A stretch of DNA of 37,960 bases from a virus (lineage: Duplodnaviria; Heunggongvirae; Uroviricota; Caudoviricetes): IMG/VR virus record IMGVR_UViG_3300026478_000263; one strand, written 5' to 3'. Positions 18,576-26,080 of the stretch are shown in pieces; the stretch's first letter is position 1, and each line of letters begins with the position of its first letter. A model generated the notes under the pieces. That model searched no databases, was not told where the DNA came from, and saw nothing but the letters and a program-made list of their open reading frames with translations. The position numbers and the translations under genes were made by a program.

Positions 18576-18655
18576 AATTGGTCCTCATCAACATAGTAAT
18601 CCACCTTTTTAAGTGCTATAATATAATAACGCCTAACCCAACAGAGAAGTTTACA

Positions 18656-18661
18656 TAAATA
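18656..18661 (+). promoter_or_regulatory. Late promoter core, 5 nt before ATG 18667 (leaderless)
   Basis: caTAAATA-agact-ATG; no SD. Confidence 0.65.
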
Positions 18662-18666
18662 AGACT

Positions 18667-20079
18667 ATGAGAGCCAAAGAATTCTTATCCAAACTTTTTG
18701 AATCAAAATCCAACGTTTACGTAATTGGAGACAGTATTGCCAATGGCATTGCTGGCGCCGGTGGCGTTAGCAAAGAATACACTAATCCTGGAAAAAACAC
18801 TACATTTGTTCTACAAAATCTTGTAACGCCCTTTGTTAAAAGTGGCAAAGCAAAAGGTGCTATTGTTATTTTAAGTAGTGGAGCCGCTAACAGTGGTAAA
18901 GTAGAAACAGAAGACGGAACACAGATTCAATCGGAAAACTTTGGTCCAATTAGTCAACAGATTAAAGCGTTAAAAGATGCAGGAGCATCGGTAGCACTAG
19001 TTGGTGTTGCTGATGGCAAAACACCTTTGCAAAAGCCTACAAAGTTTACTAATGGTAAACAATGGACTGTAGATTACACAGGCGCAAATCAAAAACTATC
19101 CGGCATTGCCGCAGGCGCAGGAGCAAAGTTTTTAGGTTCACTAAACACCTTTGATCCAAACATAGCCAAGGGCGATGGCATACACCCGTTTAACGGATAC
19201 AGTAAACTATTTCAAGCAGGTTCTTCTATTGCCGCACCTGCTAGTAAAGATACAGCAGACAATAAAGAAAAAGATGCTACGGCAGTTCCATTTAGTGTAG
19301 AAGTTCCAGACGGCAAACGTGGCCCATTAATTGCAGATGCACAAAAGGCATTAGAAGCATTGGGCGTACCTTTACCTAAATATGGTGTTGATGGGATTCA
19401 AGGTAAAGAAACAACAGGTGCTATCAAAACCTTCCAAGAGAAGAATGGCTTAGAAGCAACAGGAATTGTTAATCAGCAAACTGCGGATAAAATGAACGCC
19501 ATGCTCAAAGCCAAGCCTGAAGTATTGGCTACTTTAACAAAGAGTACTAACAAGGATGTTAAGTCATTAGACTATAGCAGAGGTGCTGAAGAAGTTGCAG
19601 CCTTAACTAGCACCGAGAGTACGCAAAAGGCAAGAGCAACAGCAGAAAAGTATCTAGGACGTCCAATGGACGACAAAGAATGGAATTACTTGTTACGTGC
19701 TACAACTGCTGAAGCAAGCAATAACAGTAAAGAACAAGCCTATGTTATGGGCGTTATCCTAAACAGAACACGCACAGGTAATTGGGGCGACAATGTTATC
19801 AGTGTGTTAAGAGCTCCAAATCAGTTCCAAGCAGTTACTGGTACAAGATTTGATCCGGGCCCAAGTGCTAACTTTACACGTGGCCCAACTGATAGACAAT
19901 TGGCTAACATTGTAGATGGCGCAATTAATATTCTTCCGCAAGTTCCAACAAATCTCAAATACTTTACAGCGGCTTCTAGTGCGGCCTACGGTGCAGGCAC
20001 TAACATTGGATTTAGAGATAAGATGATAGCCGCTGGCGGCGAAAAGATAGGCGGCACAATATTTGCCGCTCAAGTATAA
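18667..20079 (+). CDS. Modular wall-degrading protein: SGNH hydrolase + peptidoglycan-binding domain + SleB/Hydrolase_2-like domain
   Basis: VYVIGDSIANG and DGIHP (SGNH blocks I and V); QKALEALG..YGVDGIQGKETTGAIKTFQEKNGLEATG (PG_binding_1); AEAS..EQAYVMGVILNR...VLRAPNQFQAV (SleB-like). Confidence 0.75.
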   Translation: MRAKEFLSKLFESKSNVYVIGDSIANGIAGAGGVSKEYTNPGKNTTFVLQNLVTPFVKSGKAKGAIVILSSGAANSGKVETEDGTQIQSENFGPISQQIKALKDAGASVALVGVADGKTPLQKPTKFTNGKQWTVDYTGANQKLSGIAAGAGAKFLGSLNTFDPNIAKGDGIHPFNGYSKLFQAGSSIAAPASKDTADNKEKDATAVPFSVEVPDGKRGPLIADAQKALEALGVPLPKYGVDGIQGKETTGAIKTFQEKNGLEATGIVNQQTADKMNAMLKAKPEVLATLTKSTNKDVKSLDYSRGAEEVAALTSTESTQKARATAEKYLGRPMDDKEWNYLLRATTAEASNNSKEQAYVMGVILNRTRTGNWGDNVISVLRAPNQFQAVTGTRFDPGPSANFTRGPTDRQLANIVDGAINILPQVPTNLKYFTAASSAAYGAGTNIGFRDKMIAAGGEKIGGTIFAAQV

Positions 20080-20105
20080 AAAAGGACTCCGAAGAGTCCT
20101 TTTTT
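20078..20105. terminator. Bidirectional intrinsic terminator
   Basis: AAAAAA-GGACTC-cgaa-GAGTCC-TTTTTT between convergent genes. Confidence 0.9.
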
Positions 20106-20144
20106 ATTTTCTATAATTTCCCTATGGGATTAATATAATAATTA

Positions 20145-20411
20145 TTATTTCTTTGCGCCAGTATTAACAAAAGCGTACATCTTTTCAGCGGCTTCTAAAA
20201 CTTTCTCAAGTCCTGGAAACTCTGGCATATCTACTTTGCTAACAATCTGACCTGTCTTCTCATCACGAGTAGCAGTCATTTCCCAACCTTGAAACTTCAC
20301 ATGGAAGTCTTGGCTAACTAAGTCTTTAGCCATTGCTAGTATGTCAGTACGAATTTCATAACCGTTTTTGTTGAATTTTACTTCTGGTAGTTTTGGTGTT
20401 AAATCACTCAT
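20145..20411 (-). CDS. Hypothetical protein (88 aa)
   Basis: Strong SD (ACACACACAGGAGAAAATT-ATG); KNGYEIRTDILAMAKD. Confidence 0.75.
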   Translation of the reverse strand: MSDLTPKLPEVKFNKNGYEIRTDILAMAKDLVSQDFHVKFQGWEMTATRDEKTGQIVSKVDMPEFPGLEKVLEAAEKMYAFVNTGAKK

Positions 20412-20440
20412 AATTTTCTCCTGTGTGTGTTAATTAATGA

Positions 20441-20647
20441 TTACTTAGTGTAAACAGCGGCTGATGCGTTCTTAACGAATGCTTCTGCGATTGCTAGAGT
20501 AGTTTTAACTTGACCCTTGGCAAACTCAGTCTGTGCATCAACTAGTTTGATAAGTTCTTTTTTGAATGAATCGTTAGTGATAAATGTATTAACGATTTGC
20601 TTTTTAGCGTTTTGAACGCCGTCGATGTAAAAGTCTGGTGTAAACAT
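20441..20647 (-). CDS. Small amphipathic helical protein, possibly phasin-like
   Basis: 68 aa, A/K/V-rich (LVDAQTEFAKGQVKTTLAIAEAF); strong SD. The family call is by resemblance only. Confidence 0.4.
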   Translation of the reverse strand: MFTPDFYIDGVQNAKKQIVNTFITNDSFKKELIKLVDAQTEFAKGQVKTTLAIAEAFVKNASAAVYTK

Positions 20648-20720
20648 AATTTTCTCCTTGTGTGTGTATGTTACGATTAACTAGCACCTTGCTAGTAATC
20701 TATAGTATATATGCCTTCTG

Positions 20721-21293
20721 TTAAAAAAGCAACGGAAATCTGAATATTTGAGCAAATTTCCTTTGTGTTTTGCCTAGATGGTCTATCTTAGCAAAATTGT
20801 CTTCCATGTACTCTTTCCATAGACTAACTGGAGTAGGGTTTGGAATTTCTATTTCACCGTGGCTGTCACTGTATTCTGTTTTAACAAGAACATTGTGTTT
20901 TCTAGCCAGGCTTTTAATTTTGTCATTGATACCTAAACAGACCATACAGCCGTGTTTGATATTACGATTTTGACAGTATTCAATAGCACGAGCCATTAGA
21001 GCATCGCCCATACCTTGACCTTGACATTCTTTAAAAACACTAAAGGCTAGTTCTGCTGGATCGTCTTCTAGACTGATATGTGCTACAGCAACAACTTCTA
21101 AGTTATCGTTTTCAATAGCAAATATTTTATGCTTATCCGAATTTAATTCCCAACGATTAACTAATTCATTAATTGTTATATTTGGAATATGAAATCCAAA
21201 TCGTAGATATCTAGTTTCGTCGTCGAGACTTAACAAGTGAGTTCTATATCTATAGAACTCGTGAGTCGGCAGTTTATAGATAGTGTAAGACAT
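20721..21293 (-). CDS. GNAT acetyltransferase resembling the GNAT domain of Pat/PatZ protein lysine acetyltransferases
   Basis: LLSLDDETRYLRFG; AELAFSV...QGQGMGDALM (acetyl-CoA motif A); CLGINDKIKSLARK. Confidence 0.8.
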   Translation of the reverse strand: MSYTIYKLPTHEFYRYRTHLLSLDDETRYLRFGFHIPNITINELVNRWELNSDKHKIFAIENDNLEVVAVAHISLEDDPAELAFSVFKECQGQGMGDALMARAIEYCQNRNIKHGCMVCLGINDKIKSLARKHNVLVKTEYSDSHGEIEIPNPTPVSLWKEYMEDNFAKIDHLGKTQRKFAQIFRFPLLF

Positions 21294-21295
21294 TA

Positions 21296-21406
21296 TTAAT
21301 CTCTGTAGATTGATTGTGCGGCTTTGTAATCACCCATTCTTGCGAAGTGTGCGGCTACTCGCGCTTTTTGAAACGACTTTAAAAAGTCAGCAATAAATTT
21401 GAACAT
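21296..21406 (-). CDS. 36-aa small ORF not in the ORF track (MFKFIADFLKSFQKARVAAHFARMGDYKAAQSIYRD)
   Basis: SD acggaga 7 nt before ATG; own TATAAATA upstream; stop is 2 nt from the GNAT ATG. Confidence 0.7.
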   Translation of the reverse strand: MFKFIADFLKSFQKARVAAHFARMGDYKAAQSIYRD

Positions 21407-21454
21407 TTTGTATTCTCCGTGTATGTGTGTAGTAACTCATGGTTTCTACTGATA

Positions 21455-21462
21455 TATTTATA
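21455..21462 (-). promoter_or_regulatory. Exact T4 late promoter TATAAATA (minus strand)
   Basis: Plus-strand tatttata; heads the inverted 4-gene cassette. Confidence 0.7.
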
Positions 21463-21497
21463 CAATATAACGCAGTGCCACATACTTCCGTTGACTC

Positions 21498-21535
21498 TTG
21501 CAATTCCAAAATCTTTAATGTATAATAGGTAAATA
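21498..21535 (+). promoter_or_regulatory. sigma70 promoter with tandem late core
   Basis: TTGCAA-N17-TATAAT (21498-21526), then TAAATA at 21530-21535. Confidence 0.65.
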
Positions 21536-21555
21536 CATAACAGGAAACAGGGCTT

Positions 21556-21831
21556 ATGAAAAAACGTACACGTTCGATTTTAGAAGAACTTAGTAGTTTA
21601 GGCAATAGTAGAAATACAGAACTTCTAATAGAAAATAGAGGTCAAAATATCATTGACAGCGCAGTTAATCTACTAAGTTTAGTGCGCCAGCAGTTCAATG
21701 AGGAAGAAAGTGCAGAACTAGAACGCCGTTTCCTTAATGCTATACGCACAGGTGACCCACGCAAATTCCGCCGTGGAGTACAGAAAATTCAAGAACAGCG
21801 CAGAGCCGCTAAAAATAATCCTGAAAACTAA
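21556..21831 (+). CDS. Hypothetical helical protein (91 aa)
   Basis: ORF downstream of a promoter; no motif recognised. Confidence 0.7.
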   Translation: MKKRTRSILEELSSLGNSRNTELLIENRGQNIIDSAVNLLSLVRQQFNEEESAELERRFLNAIRTGDPRKFRRGVQKIQEQRRAAKNNPEN

Positions 21832-21861
21832 CCGATAGACACCGGTTTTTCTCCTTTTGGC

Positions 21862-21867
21862 TAAATA
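21862..21867 (+). promoter_or_regulatory. Late promoter core
   Basis: gcTAAATAa, 52 nt upstream of ATG 21920. Confidence 0.6.
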
Positions 21868-21919
21868 AAATTACAAAAGTCCTATAGAGTAATAGGCATA
21901 TGACACGAGGAGAAAAATT

Positions 21920-22258
21920 ATGTCAGCAACAACACGTTATAATGGTAGCACAAAATTTGTGCAAGGTACTGTATACTCAGTATATCAATTAAAAGCATTC
22001 GTTATCGATGCTGGTGCAACACTAGCAGATCAAGATGGCGACGGCGCAGGTGAAGTAGATCAAGCTCTTGAAGCAGTAGTTCGTGAAGTACAACCTTTAA
22101 TGTACTATTCAGCAACAGACAAGATCCATGTTATCGTTGATGGTCACGCTGTAGATGCAACAACACTACAAGCACGTATCCAAGCAATGGGTACTGTTAA
22201 CGGTTACGACCTAAGCGGTGCAACTGTTACTTTAGCATCTAGTTTAACAATCGCTTAA
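21920..22258 (+). CDS. Probable abundant small virion protein (112 aa)
   Basis: Own late promoter, strong SD GAGGAG, own terminator; codon choice looks highly biased (gca/gta/cgt/act). Confidence 0.6.
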   Translation: MSATTRYNGSTKFVQGTVYSVYQLKAFVIDAGATLADQDGDGAGEVDQALEAVVREVQPLMYYSATDKIHVIVDGHAVDATTLQARIQAMGTVNGYDLSGATVTLASSLTIA

Positions 22259-22268
22259 TAGCAAATAA

Positions 22269-22315
22269 CCCAGGGATGGGAAGGAAGGGCCCTAGTTTAT
22301 CTAGGGCTTTTTTTT
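22269..22315 (+). terminator. GNRA hairpin followed by an intrinsic terminator
   Basis: CCCA-GGGA-TGGG (22269-22280); GCCCTAG-tttat-CTAGGGC-T8 (22289-22315). Confidence 0.85.
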
Positions 22316-22330
22316 GACTGGAAAATACAT

Positions 22331-22336
22331 TAAATA
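22331..22336 (+). promoter_or_regulatory. Late promoter core
   Basis: tTAAATAa immediately after the terminator. Confidence 0.55.
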
Positions 22337-22360
22337 ATTGTTCATAGAGGCACAATTAAA

Positions 22361-22690
22361 ATGAACGACTTCAACAACTTCAGAATAAAAACACTTAAAC
22401 AAATTAAAATATGGGCATGGTTAGCGGCAGTACTACCCTTGGTATCTCTTGCAGGCATTTTCTTTATATGGGTATTTGGCGACAACACTCTCTTTGCCAG
22501 GGCTATGGTATTTGGTGAGACTAGTATGTTTGCCATAGCAGTGATATGGTGGTGGTGGGCAATATATGTTATCAACAAACTAGTACACCAGTGGGATAAA
22601 ACTAGAGACAATGTTGGTGAAGTCTTGGTGGAACTTCGAGACATCAAAGACTTTGTCAAAGGTCGCAAATCGGTCAATACCGATAAATAA
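22361..22690 (+). CDS. Two-TM membrane protein with C-terminal coiled coil (holin-like topology)
   Basis: WAWLAAVLPLVSLAGIFFIWVF and SMFAIAVIWWWWAIYVI hydrophobic segments. Confidence 0.6.
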   Translation: MNDFNNFRIKTLKQIKIWAWLAAVLPLVSLAGIFFIWVFGDNTLFARAMVFGETSMFAIAVIWWWWAIYVINKLVHQWDKTRDNVGEVLVELRDIKDFVKGRKSVNTDK

Positions 22691-22693
22691 ATA
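22684..22693 (+). promoter_or_regulatory. Overlapping late promoter cores
   Basis: gaTAAATAAATAt. Confidence 0.55.
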
Positions 22694-22741
22694 TAACAAA
22701 GGCACACAACTAGGCATGTATTTTTATTTTGGAGATAAAAC

Positions 22742-22984
22742 ATGGCTACAGCGCCTACAACAGAATTAGAAAAAACTAGTTTAGAAGCACACGTTGACCT
22801 TTGTGCTTTACGCTATGGACAACTTGAAGGTCGTTTAACTGCACTTGAAGAAAAAGTAGAGTCAGTGCATAACGATATCATCGAAGGTCAAAAGAGTTTA
22901 ACCAAAGTTATTATTGGCACAGCCGGCACTATCATTGCAGGCGTTATTTCGTTAGTAGTAGCAATCTTATTAAAGATGGGTTGA
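22742..22984 (+). CDS. Coiled-coil protein with a C-terminal TM (XhlA-like topology)
   Basis: LEGRLTALEEKVESVH heptads; VIIGTAGTIIAGVISLVVAILL TM; SD ggag. Confidence 0.6.
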   Translation: MATAPTTELEKTSLEAHVDLCALRYGQLEGRLTALEEKVESVHNDIIEGQKSLTKVIIGTAGTIIAGVISLVVAILLKMG

Positions 22985-23003
22985 ACCAACAGGATACATT
23001 AAA

Positions 23004-23029
23004 GCTCTAGTTTAACTAGGGCTTTTTTT
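23004..23029 (+). terminator. Intrinsic terminator, near-duplicate of 22289-22315
   Basis: GCTCTAG-tttaa-CTAGGGC-T7. Confidence 0.85.
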
Positions 23030-23037
23030 GTGGCTGT

Positions 23038-23043
23038 TAAATA
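23038..23043 (+). promoter_or_regulatory. Late promoter core, 5 nt before ATG 23049 (leaderless)
   Basis: tTAAATA-ctcac-ATG. Confidence 0.6.
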
Positions 23044-23048
23044 CTCAC

Positions 23049-23474
23049 ATGAAAGAGTTTACCATACAGACGTTAGTAGATATTACTGAGACTGGACAGC
23101 GAAGAAAAGAGCCGGGCAAGGAAATAGACTATTTCCAAAATCAAAACTTTACAATGTTGATTCAAACCATAGGTATGCGTGTAAACCCGCACTACATCAA
23201 CAGTCCCAAACTTAGGGAAGATGATGTCAAGGACTATGGATTTGGATCTGCCTACAAAGGCCAGCACAATATCTGGACATTTAAGTTTAGCATAGAGTAT
23301 GCTGACGGATACAAAGATGCAGAAGGAAACAATGCAGGTCTGTTAATTGAAGATTTAAACTTCATTCCAATGATTGTAGACTTGAACGAAACAGCAGACT
23401 TGGAACGTGCTCTGCTGGATACTAAATCTCCACAGCACAAGAACACAGTAATTTTTGCGTCGGACGACGAATAA
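23049..23474 (+). CDS. Hypothetical protein
   Basis: Likely start ATG 23049 (MKEFTIQTL) rather than GTG 23028, which lies in the terminator. Confidence 0.7.
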   Translation: MKEFTIQTLVDITETGQRRKEPGKEIDYFQNQNFTMLIQTIGMRVNPHYINSPKLREDDVKDYGFGSAYKGQHNIWTFKFSIEYADGYKDAEGNNAGLLIEDLNFIPMIVDLNETADLERALLDTKSPQHKNTVIFASDDE

Positions 23475-23477
23475 ATA
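23472..23477 (+). promoter_or_regulatory. Late promoter core, 4 nt before ATG 23482
   Basis: aTAAATA-tagt-ATG. Confidence 0.55.
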
Positions 23478-23481
23478 TAGT

Positions 23482-24210
23482 ATGAACGTCACAGAATTAA
23501 CTGGTATTCCTAGTCCCGACTTTAGCATTAGTAATGCTGTGGTCTTCCACGACATACTGAACCCTAAATTGTTCACTGAGTCGGGTATGATGCACGGGGA
23601 AGTACGCAGAGCGTTGATTGATATTGCTCGCCACTTTAAAGATTTCATAGGAGTTGAGTTAGACGTTAAAGATATCACAGTCAGCGGCAGTAACGCGGCA
23701 TTCAGTTATACTCCACAGAGTGACTTGGATCTGCACATTGTTGTTGCTGTACCAGACAAGCCAGAATTCCGCGAACTGCTGGATGCCAAGAAAAATGTAT
23801 ATAATGCTAGACATGACATCAAAGTGCGAGGTATAGACGTAGAGCTATATGCCCAGGACGTAAACCAAGAGCACCACAGTTTGGGAATTTACAGCGTGTT
23901 AAGGAGTCGTTGGATTGAAAAACCCACACGACAAGATGTAGATATTAACACACAGGATGTTAAGGATAAGTACAAGAACTACAGAGATAGAATTATTGTA
24001 GTGTTAGGCGACAATGACATTGCCCTAGCAGAAGATATGTGGAAAGACATAAAACGTATGCGACAGGCAGGTCTAGCCCGTGATGGAGAATTTGGCACAG
24101 AGAATTTAGTATTCAAAATGCTACGCAGTCAGGGATGGATCGAAAAACTCAATGATCATATTAACACACTACAAGATCAAGAATTAAGTATAGAGCAGAG
24201 ACAACTATGA
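23482..24210 (+). CDS. Pol-beta superfamily nucleotidyltransferase
   Basis: TVSGSNAAFSYTPQSDLDLHIV (hGS-x-DhDh); third carboxylate in DVELYAQ; C-terminal helical bundle. Confidence 0.8.
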   Translation: MNVTELTGIPSPDFSISNAVVFHDILNPKLFTESGMMHGEVRRALIDIARHFKDFIGVELDVKDITVSGSNAAFSYTPQSDLDLHIVVAVPDKPEFRELLDAKKNVYNARHDIKVRGIDVELYAQDVNQEHHSLGIYSVLRSRWIEKPTRQDVDINTQDVKDKYKNYRDRIIVVLGDNDIALAEDMWKDIKRMRQAGLARDGEFGTENLVFKMLRSQGWIEKLNDHINTLQDQELSIEQRQL

Positions 24211-24470
24211 AAATATCAGACTTATTAGAAGCAGTACCCCCAGCACCAGGTGCCGCGCCCGCTCCAGGAGCCACAGCGCAAGGAGCCACACTGGATCCTA
24301 ATAATCAAATGGTTGCTCAGGATCCTGCCGCACAGCAAAAACAAATGCAGTTACAGATAGCACAGCATCAAAAAGAAGTGCAAGACAAGAAAAAAGAAAT
24401 TACTGATCAAATCGCTGATTTAACAAAACAGATAACTGACCTTAAAAAGCAGATGGCTGAATTAAAATGA
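24207..24470 (+). CDS. Hypothetical protein (P/A-rich N-terminus, Q/K coiled coil)
   Basis: ATGA coupling; MKISDLLEA start. Confidence 0.7.
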   Translation: MKISDLLEAVPPAPGAAPAPGATAQGATLDPNNQMVAQDPAAQQKQMQLQIAQHQKEVQDKKKEITDQIADLTKQITDLKKQMAELK

Positions 24471-24667
24471 AAATTAACGAATTTGTAAGAAAAATAGATG
24501 TATGGACCAGCAAGGAGGAACAAGAACTTCTTGAAACTATCACTGAGCCCAGCATCTTAGCAGGATTTAATGAAAGAGAGCAATCCATAATCGAAAGTCT
24601 TATACGTAAGAGTCTGTTAATTAAAGTACAAGGTAAACATTCTTCTTACGTATATCCAAATGTTTGA
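24467..24667 (+). CDS. Small hypothetical protein
   Basis: ATGA coupling; MKINEFV start. Confidence 0.7.
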   Translation: MKINEFVRKIDVWTSKEEQELLETITEPSILAGFNEREQSIIESLIRKSLLIKVQGKHSSYVYPNV

Positions 24668-25103
24668 TATTAAACAAGCCGCCGCAGATTTAGATTCCAT
24701 GCTCTATGACATAGTTGTCAAGCAGGGCATCTTTGTAGCAGTAAACAAACGTCAGATACGATACAAGAAGTATATCATTGTAAAAGGTACAGACGATAAT
24801 TGGAACGTAATTTTAGCAGACAAACGCAAAATTCACGTGGCCACAGTATTTTTAAAAGTAAGTGCTTTTGCTATATGCAAAATGCACGAAAAAGGCAAAA
24901 AACACAGCATCGATGATATTAAAAACAACGATGAGATTTTTAGAAAGAACTATATAGATTCACAGTTTTACAGAAAAACAGCCCAGAACGCAAAGGACCC
25001 TGTGACTAGGGAAAGTGCTTACTGGAGATTTGAGTTAGTCAAGGATTATGCTAAGACAGCCAAGGCTCGAATCGACAACCTGTTCTACTCGTCGATTGTA
25101 TAA
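24660..25103 (+). CDS. Hypothetical protein
   Basis: 147-aa ORF overlapping the upstream stop. Confidence 0.7.
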   Translation: MFDIKQAAADLDSMLYDIVVKQGIFVAVNKRQIRYKKYIIVKGTDDNWNVILADKRKIHVATVFLKVSAFAICKMHEKGKKHSIDDIKNNDEIFRKNYIDSQFYRKTAQNAKDPVTRESAYWRFELVKDYAKTAKARIDNLFYSSIV

Positions 25104-25106
25104 ATA
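25099..25106 (+). promoter_or_regulatory. Exact T4 late promoter TATAAATA
   Basis: Sequence match upstream of ATG 25137. Confidence 0.75.
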
Positions 25107-25136
25107 ATAAAACAACTTCACAGGAAGATTTTAACC

Positions 25137-26024
25137 ATGCGTATTACAGAACTTAACAAACCATTAACTGCCAAGGCGTTAAACGAAAGCGTAGCCCAGC
25201 AATTTGGACAGAAAATTGATTTAGAGAGTTTCACTCTTGAACAGTTAGAAGATGCACGTAACAAGTTACGTACAAAGATTAGTCAGTTTGAAGCCAGCGA
25301 GAGCTACAATGCTGTCTACGAAGACGAAACATATTCTAAGAACAAACTGTTCCTAGATGTGTTAAATCGTGCTATCGAAGAGCGTAGCAACGAAATGACT
25401 ACTGACAGCGGCTATACTGAAATGGAAAGCATGGTATTAGAAAAAGTAGAGCAAGGTGTTATCGCATTTGAAGATCTTCCAGAAGAATTACAGAATAAAG
25501 TTAATAAGAACAAAGCCGTAGTACAAGTAGAATCTGTACTACGTGAAGGCGAAGAAGAAAAGGCCGAGTTAATCATGGCCGCTCGTGACATGGTTGACCG
25601 CGTTACAGGCTGGATGGAAGACACAGCAAATATGCAGGCCGAATCAATGTTAGAATTAATTGACTCTATAAGAGACGAAATGGGCAGTGATACATCAATG
25701 GAGTTCGAGGGAGTTGTTAAACCAGCCCTTGCAACTATCTACACAGCATTAGAAAGTTCACGTCAGCAACTAACACAAGCAGTTGCTATCTTAACAGGCG
25801 AAGGTGAAGGAGCCGCTCCAACAATGGGCGCAGAGCCAGCACCAGAAGCAGGCGCAGAAGAACCAGAAGCAGGTGCTGAATCAGGCACAGTAGTTGGCGG
25901 TGAAGAAGAAGCAGGAGCGGCTGCTCCAGCGGCAGGTGGCGAAGAGCCCGCAGGTCGTGCTACTCGTGAATCAATCGAGTTTAGCCGTAAACTAGCAAGT
26001 TTACTAGCACCAAAAAAAAAGTAA
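25137..26024 (+). CDS. Acidic coiled-coil late protein (possible prohead core/scaffold-like)
   Basis: 295 aa, E/A-rich, low-complexity GAEPAPEAG tail; ends PKKK* on an A9 run. Confidence 0.6.
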   Translation: MRITELNKPLTAKALNESVAQQFGQKIDLESFTLEQLEDARNKLRTKISQFEASESYNAVYEDETYSKNKLFLDVLNRAIEERSNEMTTDSGYTEMESMVLEKVEQGVIAFEDLPEELQNKVNKNKAVVQVESVLREGEEEKAELIMAARDMVDRVTGWMEDTANMQAESMLELIDSIRDEMGSDTSMEFEGVVKPALATIYTALESSRQQLTQAVAILTGEGEGAAPTMGAEPAPEAGAEEPEAGAESGTVVGGEEEAGAAAPAAGGEEPAGRATRESIEFSRKLASLLAPKKK

Positions 26025-26080
26025 TTGAGGCAACCGATCCAAACCTAATCCTAATTCTTAGGAGTTTGATCGGTAAAGCC
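26012..26080 (+). other. Candidate -1 ribosomal frameshift / transcriptional slippage signal
   Basis: A9 run (26012-26020) containing A_AAA_AAG (26015-26021) in frame, then a 3' stem-loop (26029-26080). Confidence 0.7.

Noticed and set aside
21491-21526. TTGACT as the -35 for TATAAT 21521
   Set aside because: Spacer would be 24 nt; TTGCAA at 21498 gives the canonical 17.
22269-22291. G-quadruplex in GGGATGGGAAGGAAGGG
   Set aside because: Only three GGG tracts; better explained by a CCCA-GGGA-TGGG GNRA hairpin plus the terminator stem.
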